A stretch of 63,953 bases of DNA, counting the filler, from Basidiobolus ranarum (taxonomy: Eukaryota): assembly GCA_040143965.1 (NCBI GenBank). It is 3 parts of 3 records of this genome, joined end to end, with 100 filler letters (N's around TTAATTAATTAA, not from the genome) between each part and the next. Parts side by side here need not be neighbours in the genome. Positions count along the whole stretch, not along the records: positions 44,451 to 63,953 come from JASJQH010007124.1; 2 more parts are not named here. The stretch is one strand, 5' to 3'. The notes under the pieces are model-generated. The model was given only the letters and a program-made list of their open reading frames with translations, was not told the origin of the DNA and searched no databases. Both the position numbers and the translations under genes were made by a program. This document shows positions 51,881-63,953 of this stretch, in pieces. Within the stretch, counting starts at the first letter, position 1, and every line of letters starts with the position of its first letter.

Positions 51881-54800
51881 GTACTTTTACCCAAATATTT
51901 ATAGCATCTTGTGATTCTTTTTTGGAGCATATTAACAAACTTCTGGAATAAAAATACGTATACCTTTCTACATTCTTCGAAAAAGGTGTGATTTGTAAGA
52001 ACGAAAATTCTTAAATTAACAACTATCCAAAAAACTTGTGTAATCAAAAATGCTAATGAACACTAGTGTACATGCTAGTTGCAGGTACTAAATGAGTTAT
52101 TAATAATGCTATTATTATTCTTCAACTTTGTACCGCCCAAATATTGACAGCGCATAATTGTGGCTGTGAATAAGGTTCAGTACATATTAGTAGTTCAAGT
52201 GGCTTATTTGATGAAGTTAGGTTAACTTTGAATCCTCCATCTTGGTAGCTCCTGAGTTCAAGGCGCATTTAACAATCACAATGAATTAAACTCAAAAGAA
52301 AGTGTTATGACAAAAAACCATAATGTATGTCAAAAATAATAATTAGATGTCAAGATTTCGACTTCTTTTTAGAAACTTCATTCACTTAACTGAGAAAGAT
52401 GTTCGTAAAGAAACTAAGCTTCTGCAAAAATCCAATACCAATTCACTCAGAAGTAGTGTAACTATCACTAGTTGACACAGGCAAAGCATCTCTCAATTCT
52501 GTATTTCGATGGTGCAGTAAATACGGCTTCAAAACAGAAAAAAGAAAATGAAGAGTAAAGGCATAGCAAAATATGATTTTTAATTAACAAAGATGGGAAA
52601 CCCATTCAGCGAGGAAAAATGAAGACTCGTTTTTCCCAGCCTGAAATTAGAAAACAACCAAAAGCATATATCCTTGGAAATTAATATAAACCCTAAAGTA
52701 AAACTAAATACGTATAAATATCGCGTTGGGTGTATATTAACTTTTGGAAAATCTTAGAGTTCCTCGACTTTGTTCACAGATATTACCAGGCATCAATGAA
52801 AAAACACCAATCCATAACTAGGGCGTATACAAGTAACGACTTAAATTGTGATAATGTAGAATGTCAGTCATAGATGCAATAAAGAATCATTGCAACAAAC
52901 GTAATGCTAGTCTAACATCCAAGTCTGGGTCTGAAACATTCACGCATTGCTTGGAACATTCAATCTTCAGGAATGCCGTGTGATGAATACCAATACAAAC
53001 AAAGCCTGTGGAATGGCTTGTATTTGGCTTATATTTAGAACTAACCGGTTAGGTGTCAACCTGGAATAGTGAGTATCCTGCATTTACGTGTAATGCGATG
53101 ATGTCCAGCAATTACCGCCAAACTAGCTCATTGAATGAGCATGCCATGTTTAGCTTATTGATAGTCAGCAGTTATTGCACCCTCTACCAGGTTTCATTGT
53201 TATGCATTGCGTTAGTCAAGGTATGCTGACTCATCATATGGAGGTTGCATGTATGTTATTGTGACTTGGCTCATCCATGAAAACATTGGGAATCCAGAGC
53301 GCAATTTTAGGTACAAGTTCGACACAGCCAAGTCCTCACCTAGAGGGCCTTTACTGAAACAGCGAGTGGACATCCATCCTCAATGGGATTTCGTATTCAA
53401 TCAGATTTTATTGGATTGATCTTGCTTATTCCCCTCCAACCCATACTATCCACAAACGATCGGATTTTAAATGCAGTTTCCGGATTTTATCAGGACGCGA
53501 CACAACAACAACCATATTCTCATTGTAAGTGGATATACTATGGCTGATTTCGGGAAGATTCGTGCGATGCGGTTTCGGCTTTTTGATTCTCAGTATAGAC
53601 ATGGTAAGTGGAGCAGGGTGAGTTCGCAATGGTCTAGTCATTGCAAGGTGTGAGTAGTCTCATCCCATCTTCACCCGAGGTTATACAAAGCTACCCATAT
53701 CCCGCATCTCTATACATTAGACAGTATGACCAATCTAATGCATACATTGAGGCGATACCCACAATTGGCTGTTCCTTATTATTGAACAATGCTAAAGTTA
53801 TATTATATCACCTCATTCCACCTAGCCAATGCCCTACCTTTATCTGCTAACAGACAGAATTGCGGTTTCCCGCTTGCAAAAGATGGCAAAAAAACGACGT
53901 GTGCTGCTATTTTGTGGAATTTTCTCCGACTGCTTACACGTACACGGAACGTAGTGATTATGAATAGAATATCCTAGGGTCAGCGCAAGTGAGCAAGTCG
54001 TAGCAACTGTTAGAGCACGAGAAGCTATGGGCAGGCATTACTTAGTAACCTTGTGACACTAACTCACGTTATTGGAATTGGCTAGCTAGAGTCTGGGATG
54101 GGGTGTGGAAATGTACGCGCTTCGCCCCCTAGTTTCTCAACCACAAGGTCATTATCCACATTCATCAATTGGTTTTAGGCCGGGAATGGACTAAGTTATT
54201 GAGGGGCGCATGTAACAAAGTTAGGGATTCATGATTGATTGAGAGGTGAGGAGATCAGCTGGTGCTACGTTATCCACTAATTGTAAATTCAATGGCAATA
54301 CGCTAATAATAAGTGCCCCCTCACTCGTAATCATTATATTTAGGCTGTGTAGATTCCTGTCGAGGGGAAACAAAGGAAATCGAATTTCCATAGAAAATCG
54401 AAATCAATTCTTACAAATAATACGTCCATGCCTAGTCGAATAATACGTATGCACCTAGATTCTTATCAGCTGATCACGTTGACCCCTTTCATAGAGGAAA
54501 TATTAACCCATGGGTCATTAATAGAGTATCGATATTTAATATGGAAGAGATTAGGGTTGGTACTAGTATTGTAATATATGGGGATGTAATATAGTGAGGA
54601 AAATCAATGATGATAGGGCAATTGACTAGCAATGAAGATTAGGGTGAAAATGGCAACTAGTAGGATCCAATGGTATGTTGAGAATCGAGTTGTTGTGAAC
54701 CCGTATTTTTTTTCAACGAAAGAGAATACGTGTGTGGGTGAGTGAGTATATGGAATTGTTCATGAATGATCACATAGATTCATTTTAGCCCTAGTAAAAA

Positions 54801-55035
54801 TCTCCACTAGGCTCCCTATACCCTGCTATTACTAAAATTTCCCCGAATGCTAAGGTATTTTTAACGTGCGTGATCCCCCTCACAAACTCACATCATTGCT
54901 TAGCTTACTAGCTCTTCCAATATCCCTCATCGTATCCTTAACATAAGCTCGATATTAGCCTCGGATTTTTCAGAGCACCAATTTTATCACTAAGAAACAC
55001 ATCCACCCACCCCTCTATATCTCTTACACATAATC

Positions 55036-55635
55036 ATGCCCAAGGCTGTCAAACCTCGTGAAGAAAAGCCTTCCAAGCGTGCCGCTAAGGCTGAAGCTCC
55101 TGAAAAGAAGACTCGTAAGAAGAGAACCAAGAAGGATCCCAATGCTCCTAAACGCGCTCTTTCCGCTTTCATGTTCTTCTCTCAAGAATGGCGTGAAAAG
55201 GTGAAGACCGAGAACCCTGATGTCTCCTTTGGTAAGCAAGGCGTCTTTAGATTGATTTCTCCACCAGCATTCTATCTTTAAATGATGGAGACCCTACATA
55301 ATCGCGCCGGTTTTAACTTTGATGTTTCATTCTCTATAACAGGTCAAATCGGTAAGATCCTTGGTGAAAAATGGAACAAGATGGACGAGACTGAGAAGAA
55401 GGTAAGCGCGATTATATGACGCCAAAGACGTGACAATTATTGAACTTTTGTTTCTTTAGCCATTTGCTGCTAAGGCTGAGGAAGACAAGAAGAGATACGA
55501 AGTCGCTAAGGCAGCCTATGAGGTAAGCTTTGTTTACACGATTTCTACGTGACCATTGGTTCAAATCGGTGCTAACTAATCTTATTTTAGAAAAATCCAT
55601 CTGGTAACACTGATGAGGATGAAGAATCCGAGTAA
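55036..55635 (+). CDS. NHP6: HMG-box non-histone chromatin protein Nhp6 (exons 55036-55231, 55343-55401, 55460-55522, 55591-55635)
   Basis: [61 protein letters not shown]. Confidence 0.95.
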
Positions 55636-57957
55636 TATATCACTCGAACGTACCTCCTCTACATTAATATTCCGCCAGATAAAAATCATCCTTACCAATC
55701 ACCTCTTCATACTCTCTTGCTTTGACTTCAGTCCACCCAACCCCATAATCCTGTTTGCTGTTGATAGTTTTTCTTACTTTCTCGTATGTTCGCACATATG
55801 AACCTATTTCTTCGATTGTTTTTTTAGAATTTAGTTGTATGTTTGTGGTAGCTTTCTGAATCCTTTTTATTTTCTGTTCACAATGGTTTTTTTGGTAACT
55901 CTATCTTTGTCAGCTCTGGGTTTTATAGTTCTTTTTTGATATATTAATAAAAGATATTTCAAGACTAGCAAGGATTATTTGTTTGCCTTCGACTCGCAAC
56001 AGGTCTGAAGCTTATAACGCGTTTTGCCATCATTGAGTTAAAAGGCAACCAGTGCCGCTTTGAAGGACTCCCATATGTTGGTGTCTCATCAGGTTGGCCC
56101 AATTTTGCGGAGACGCGAGGAGTGTATATGGTTTGACTCAAACGTGAGAGAAACTGTGGTATACCGTGCATGAAAGGTAACATATAGACAATGACCAAAT
56201 TTCCATCTAGGAATGATATTGAATTGATTGATTCACAGCTATTATGGCCTATTCGAAGTCGAGCCAGCGATAAAACTATCGAAAATACAGTTATGGATCA
56301 TTTAAGAGAAGCTCATTTGATAGCGTAAAATATCGGAAAGAATCCAATTCTGACAAATTTTATCCGGTGCAGATTGGTTGTCAACTGGTCTCTACCAAAT
56401 GATATTGTCGATTTGATGATAGTAATGGAAGTATATCCGTATGTGCATTGATAATAATCAGAAGTTTCATGTGGATTTAGTGAATGGCTTCGATGGTTGT
56501 TTTAACTCACGTTCTGACATCAGTCAAATACATAGGTGGGTTAATGCACAGCTGCTTACTTGGTCTGCCAAAGTTTATGCTTTTACATTATACAGTTGCG
56601 TGTAACTTTTAGTGAGGGATTAGGGAATATACCTTGACAATCAATACAAAATCTCAGTGTTTAGCGAAGTGCCTGTTTTTAAAGATGCAAGTTCAGTCAA
56701 TAGTTAGTGACGGGTATTTCAGTTCTGTTAGCTTCGTGACTGTTACTTTCGATATTTTGAGATAACGATTCTACATTTGGGAAGTCTATTGCTCAATGCT
56801 CATTTTTACTCGCACGGTATGTTCTCTCACTTTGGCTGATAATGGAGTCCATCTGTGACACACTTTGTTCATTCATCGATGGTGTTTGTGATCGAGTACA
56901 CTTAATGTATTACTCCATCATAACCGCAGGCAAATCATATTATTCTATAGCATCTGCTATGTTTTCTGCGTTGTGGTATAGGTTAAAAGTAACTGTTGAA
57001 ATGCCTGCATATCATTTATTAAGCGAGCAACTTATTATGGATTATAATTTCAGATTTCCCTCTAAAAACATTTTTACACAATCTACTTGGGGTTGAACTA
57101 CAGGATGGATGAATCTTAGAAGGTGCTCTATCATTAGTCAGATATTGCTAATAATATCCGGATAGGGATGCCGATATCCAGTCACATGATGTGTTATTTA
57201 CTTAAAAAGAACCAATGGGATTGATTTAAACACGTTAGTATATATGAAGTTGAATGCGTTCTATTAATAGTTTACTGCGTAATGCAATAGCTATTAGATG
57301 AATTGAAATCGTAGCAAACACGCTTATTAGCGAAGTAAAGATTCGGATACGTTTCAAGAATATGCTTCAAATGGTGAGCCCATTATAATTGATGTATGAT
57401 ACATATATAGCGCAATGATTAAATCAACTTGCGTATTGTTTGGTTTAGCTACTATTTCCGACAATTTATGGAAATACAAGTTGACCATAAACATGGTCCT
57501 ACATATTTATATAGGGCTAGCCTTCAATAAAAGGAACTCTGACTGAAAGTGACATTTTGGATTAGTGTCTAAGTTAGAACAAACCAGATAATCCCAATGT
57601 GATTGTTGTAAGTAGGTGGGATGAAATTAGAAGTATTTAGGATAATTAGAATAAAAATATGGAATATTTCACTGATGAAAGATTTAAGAAATAAGCATTC
57701 TAAATACTAAACATGAACTCTGAATAGTTGGATACTCAATATTACAATATAATTGCACTTGTTGACACCTCAAGTTTAAAGGCTATATAAGCAATTAGTA
57801 GTTATGGATGTCCCATTGGTACGATTCAAAGGTGATAGTTATTGAAGTGGTACATTGGCATATGTAAATAGATTTAATATAAACAAGTGGAAATCCTTCA
57901 TATCTTCCAAGTGTCCTAAACACTGTTGATTCATCTCAAATAGGTATGCCTTGCTTG

Positions 57958-58290
57958 TGGAAATTAGCATTGCCTAAACACCTATATAGTCATATACAGC
58001 TTAGTATTTAGTTATCCTATATTGAGCTAAGATATTACCCATTATTCTTAGGAGGAATTTACTTAGAAGTTCTCAGATATATAGATTTTTCAAGCTTGTG
58101 CTAGAAGCCTCAAACTTTGCACACATGTTCCTGGGTCCCTCTTTAACACATTCTACACGTTGGTTTGTTTATATCTTGACAAAACTATAAATATCAACTT
58201 TCTACTCTATAAATCAATAAGTGAAAACCATCAATTTCTCTATTTCTCCAAACCACTTCCAACAGGCTCCCAAAATACTTTAACATTGCT
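57958..58290 (+). repeat. Dispersed repeat copy C
   Basis: Colinear with copy B and the reverse complement of copy A. Boundaries are approximate. Confidence 0.85.
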
Positions 58291-58708
58291 TTCATTGTCG
58301 CAATCAATTCTCTCTTTACTACATGAAACATATAAGTAACCCTTGTTTACCATGCAAATGGCAAATGGCTTTTCTAATATTTATTCAAGTGCTTCTGAGT
58401 ACTTCTAGTACTCCACGACAGACATAAATGCATAAGCTAGATATGACTTAGTGAGTAGAGGTTGCAATTATCAAAAATTGAATCAAGTTTCATTTAATCA
58501 AAGTTGGTTATCATGGATTTTGTGCCTTAGCAGAGATACCTGAATCTGCTTCCATTATATAAGTTAGAAAATTACTGTTGGGTAGATAGGGAAGATGCTG
58601 AATTAATAAAAGGTAAATTAACAAATACGATTATGAAAGAGGATGATGATGTGATTTAGTATTACATGATGTTAAATAGACGGGGTTGAGATTAAGAAAG
58701 TATTACAG

Positions 58709-61700
58709 CTAATAAATAGTAATTGGGATAGATTCCTTACTGAACCTGTCATCTTTAAGATTCAAGCGATCCAGAATGGTGTGATAGATAAACTTATATG
58801 ACCAGAGATTCCCTTTTCGACGTGTCACATCTACAATATATAGTTTTCCGAGCTCCTTTAGTTTACATATTTCCACTACAAAGTGTATCTCTCCTCCTGA
58901 ATCTACTATTTTCTCACCATAGATCGGCTCACCGGAGGCGCATCTCTCGAAGTGAACCGGATAAGACGATGCTTGATTTCCAAATTTCAGAAACCTGCTA
59001 AACATGCCTACTGTACATCTTTTCTGAGAATTAGTAGAAACTGTCGATAGAGTGGAAGTCACTTGAGTTCCGTTGGAGATAACCGAATCTTTCGATTTCA
59101 ACGTGTCATTATGCGTTTTCTTCTTGCGAATGCATTTAAGTTTCCACTCATATTCGTTCTTAATTTCAATACCTAATTCCTCCAGAAGGGTTTTAATCTC
59201 CGACATTAATTCAAGTGGAGTTTTTGAGGTAACTGCAGCATTGTCAATAGCACCGTTGTGATATTGCAATCTAAATTCGTGAGATACCCGAGAATGATTT
59301 TTCCGAGGGTGAGACATGGGTGTTTCAAAGGTATGCTGCTGTCTAATGAGTGATTTCTTGCGAAACCAATCCATCACTTTTTTAGCAGCATTAGAACTCA
59401 TCGATTTACTTGGGTTGGAATCGTGAGTGTTGTCACGATGCGATATATCCCCTTTTTTCTCATGTATATAGAGACGCTCATTTAAGCGAGTCTGACTATT
59501 CAGTGCGGATAAAGGGAGTGGGCTGGCGATAAGAAAATTAAAATCTTTTGTATTTATGCTTTGTGATGTACGATCTGTGAATTCTCCATTGGGTTCTCCA
59601 TATGTCATAATCACAGAGGGTGAATCTACTGGTAGTTGAGGTGAAAGCTGTGAAAAGTGAATTGTGGTGGGCCGAATACGGCTATGGCTTTTAGGTTTCG
59701 ATGCTGTGTTGCGTGAAGTGAAATGTATTGAGTCTGAAGGTTTAGAATACACCATTGTATCATTGTTTTCTTCCTCATCAGCCTCTACAATATTGTTGAG
59801 CTGTACCTCTGTCATCTCTGGACTCGACCGATTGTGTGCTGGAGCTTGATCATACTCAACTTGAATCGTATGTCTTTTTGGTGGTCTGGCTGTCTCTGTG
59901 AATCCAGGTGAACCTGGTTCCATGCTATCCTGCTCTTGTCCATGCCCATGTCCATGCCCACGTCCCTTCTCTTTGTCACCACTATCCTCGAAGATATACG
60001 CATACGGGAATAGCCATCTGTGATTCATGATCACTCTCATGTCACATCTCTTCATCGGGTCCGGCACAAGCATTCGTCGGAGTAGGTCGCGTGCATCTGG
60101 ACTGACATAGTCTGGGAACACCAGTCGTGTCGAGAGAATGTACCTGTACAGCAAATTGATGTTGTTTCCATCTGGGTTCTCTGGATCATCATCGAATGGG
60201 AGATACCCACAGAGCATTGCATACAAGATCACTCCACAAGACCAGATATCCACTGCCGTCCCGATGTACATCCCATCACTGACCACTAGCTCTGGTGCGG
60301 CGTAGCAGGGCGATCCACATGATGTTGCCATCAAGTCGTTCAGTGAGCTTGAGAACTGATTCGCGAATCCAAAGTCGGTGATAATGATGTTTCGATTGCG
60401 GTCAAGCAGCAGGTTTTCCTAGATCATTATAATCCTGTTAGTGCCTATTCTCTACAAGTTTCCCCCTTCTAACTTCGCCTCATCCGTATCCTCAACACAA
60501 CATAACACAACACATCCCGTCACTCTCACTCTCACTATCCTTCTCCTTCTCCCCCTACTCCATTCTCCTATATCCTAAGAAGTGTACTATCATGTTTACT
60601 CACCAGTTTTAGGTCTCTGTGGACAACATTCCTCTTGTGCATGTAGCTCACTCCTAGAAATATCACAAAGGTGTGTGAGACTTGTAGCTCTGCGATTGTT
60701 TCTCATTTGTTCCACCACTCTCCTTCCAGAGCTCCCCTTGCTCTCCCCTTGCTCATCACTTCAAACTCGCTCCCATGCACTTACCGCTAATCAATTGGGC
60801 AAACAATCGGCACGCTTCTCGCTCCTTGAGATACCGATGGGCTAGGATGTGATCGAACAACTCGCCGCCTAACCAATTGAGCAATCACAAAATACGTTAG
60901 CCTGATATTCCTCTCACCAGTGTTCCGCTTCACTTCACTCCACCCCACCTCATTTCACGACACTACGCATCGCTCACCAATCTACTCTACTCATTCCAAC
61001 CCAGCTCAACTCGCCTAGATCAATGAGATTCTTGTTGAATCTGTAATGAATGGACCAACTTTGATTCACATCAATTCAATCTGCCATCTTGCGATCTCAT
61101 TTATCCAGTAGAGTCGGTAGCTTGGGTCGGGAACGACAGAGGTGCGAGTGCGAGTGACACTGGAACGATGTATGATAAATGCAATATGAAATCCAAGACT
61201 TACCAGAAGCGTACTCAATAACCATACCGATATATTTGTTAGTTTCTATCACTTCGAATAACTTGGTGACGTTAGGATGATCCAAAGACTAAATAAATGA
61301 AGATGCCATTTAATATCCATAAATGCAATGAAACGAAAGACCTAAACCATTATCGGAATCAGCAGTCACTAAATGATGATGGTAAGGCGGCACAAATGGG
61401 GGAGTTTAAATGGCACTTACTCTAAGCATATTAATTTCTCTTTTTATCTTATTTAACCGAATTTCCGTATCTACCAATGCCTTTTTGGTAAGTTTGATAG
61501 CGACCTAGAGATAAAAATATCCGAAAAGAATAGTTACTATTTGGAGTTAAAGTAGAATGCTAGTTGATATGAGAAATTTCAATTTAGTGAGTATCAAAAT
61601 TGTCACTTTCTTTTACCTCTTTACCAGTTAGAGTATGAATGCCTAGTTTTACTTTGGCAAATTCCCCCTCACCAAGTGTCTTTATTAGTGCGTAAGGACC

Positions 61701-61811
61701 AAATAGGGGACCAGTGATTCGTTTTTTGGGGGCAACGGACTCCGAAGTATGACGAGCCTTCACTTCGAGAGCGGTTGGAAACCTTTCAGGTTGGGTCATT
61801 GGTGGCAACAT
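58709..61811 (-). CDS. KIN4: Kin4/Ppk1-family (CAMKL) Ser/Thr kinase with a C-terminal KA1-like domain (6 exons, approx. 61811-61617, 61505-61421, 61288-61204, 60868-60785, 60654-60604, 60418-58709)
   Basis: [50 protein letters not shown] and [38 protein letters not shown]. The start codon could lie slightly further upstream. Confidence 0.9.
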
Positions 61812-63953
61812 GAGCTGACTTTTAAAATTACAAGGTTCCTTTCTTTTTCAACCTTTTCTGAGTAATAGGGTTAAGATGGTTCTTGTTTAGAAGATAAATA
61901 AAAGGAGAGAGGGAGACTCTCTTACAAGAAAAGGGATTAAAAGTTAAAGATCAAGCAATCAATTCTTGGTTAAAATAGAGTAAAATGGGTACGAGGTAGT
62001 TGAAGTAATGGATGAGACACAGACCTTTTTAATTAAGGAAGAGCGCCTGACTGATAAGGTATAGGCATAAAATAATTGGTTTGAATTCATTGGAACTAAT
62101 TTTTCCGATTCACGAGCCAGCGTACTCCTATATAGATCTACCTCAATTTAATCTGGGCGGTTTCACTTCTGTAGTTTATTAACCAAGTATCATCCCATTT
62201 CCTTTGGGATGAATTCAACGATTTTTACCGTGTTCACTACGATACATGTATCATCCACATGTTGCCATTTGATATATACGTCATTGATTAGCAAATGAGA
62301 TGGGATGCATACCAAAGGGAAGGATAGCCCTCAAGCCGAATTCTATATAAGCTCCAGTAGGCTGTTTCATCCATGCCTATTTGTGAACAACTAAGCTTGA
62401 CATTCTATTGTAGAGACTAGCGCCATTGGAGACACAACAAAGTACCAGGCCATAAAAGGGTAAGTTGTGGCTGGATCCAAGAGAGATACAGTGAGTCGGT
62501 GGTATTAGATGTGTTGAATAAAATCCTCTTGTGTTATGATGCAATTGACAGAGTTCATAGTGAGCACCTGGAGATTCAGGGCCCTCTCTGCTTATTGGTG
62601 GTGATATATATAGACCTGGACACGGTAGCAGATGCCCTACGTTATTGATAGAAACCTTGCTTTGCCACACCATAGTTGAAATGTATCGGTTTGGAGAAAC
62701 AATTGAATCAAGAGACGTCGGTTTTTCTTCAGTGCCCCTGTTGGATCAGATTGCTCTCCATATATTACCTTGGCCCTATTGGCTTGTCATTAAGTTTATC
62801 ATAAGTGTGATCTCTCTCCTGGATGAGAGAGACGACGTAGGTAGACTCTTGCTTAATCAGATATGCGCCTAGAGCTGAGAAGCCCTCGGTTTGGCTAAAG
62901 GTCAGCCAAGACTTGATTCCTGATAGACACCGCTTCGACACACCTTTAGGCTTAGTCCAGAATGCTAAATGAGGCATTAATTACTAAATATGTACCACTT
63001 CAGGTGATTTCAATTTGTTATGGGATCACTGTTGATTGCATATTGAATGATGGCTGATGTCCCATGAGGTGTTTCATACACTGCTTTACACCGTTCCATG
63101 TCATTAGTGGGGATCTTTTTCTATTCAATTGGGCATTACGCCACCTTCTCACTAACAGGCAGATATCTTAAGCATTGGGCTGATGTGATCAATCCAAGAT
63201 CAGTAAACAGTTACTCTGACCAGATGTGCAATCTGTCTTGCTCAAGAAGGTTCCCTGGTTTGAGAATGAATAGAGATTCGACGTTAATAGCAGGTCGTTT
63301 ATGGCTGAGAAATCAGTCATTCTATCGGGTTGGTAAGGAATTTACACGGGTTTATCAGAATGAAGACTTTAGTTTATAGAAAAGCTTCCAGTAAAAGGTT
63401 AATTTAGAGAAGTGGATAAATAAACAATTCATAGTTCCAACAATCCTGGATATTCAACGGAATCATATGGCGCAAGATTATGTAGAACGGCAGAGTATAC
63501 AACAAAGGGAATCAAACAGAAGCTCTCTTGGAAGTAGAGGTCCGAAGAAAAAGAATAGACAAATGTAAATCCTGAGAAATAAAATATAAAAAAATCAGAA
63601 GAATGTGACGGTTTCAGTGGTTAAACAGGTTTGAAAGTGATTCGTCGTTGGAACACTATTCTTCTCTGAATAACATAAGGTGAATCGAGTTGTATTCAGA
63701 AAGCAGATAGCATCAAAAGTCAGGTGCATATGCACCAATATAAGCATGACAGATGTGAGTTTACGGCAATCCCTCTGCCCATAATATCAAGGTGCAACTT
63801 ACATGGTGACTATACGCTGATTTGAGGTAGGTATACTATTTGGTGGTATGCCACTTTCGTTACTAAACTCATTGGCTTGCAAATTCAACCGTTCCAGTAT
63901 GGTATGGTATAAGAACTTGTAAGACCATATGTTTCCCTTACGACGACGAATAT

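Overview
This is AT-rich, intron-containing fungal DNA. Gene style and content suggest an early-diverging lineage such as Zoopagomycota/Basidiobolus, which is inference. Two 100-bp N gaps carry a TTAATTAATTAA stop linker, so adjacency across 22161-22260 and 44351-44450 is unproven. Housekeeping genes are mitochondrial EF-Ts, a C-terminally short Cdc37, PGI, NUFIP1/Rsa1, RPL36, NHP6 and a Kin4-type kinase. Uncharacterised genes are an ~1885-aa ankyrin/coiled-coil protein and an OB-fold+CCCH+methyltransferase-like protein. The central contig holds the most interesting unit: a spliced ~4157-aa NRPS (C-A-T-E-C-A-T-C-A-T-R) that the ORF track splits into three. It lies tail-to-tail with an intronless Bacillus PucG-like aminotransferase (probable horizontal transfer), and an HSF-type transcription factor lies upstream. 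Beyond a nested transposon and the second gap are a divergent FET3/FTR1 iron-uptake pair and a secreted stand-alone I9 protease inhibitor. All exon boundaries were read by hand from GT..AG sites and frame continuity.
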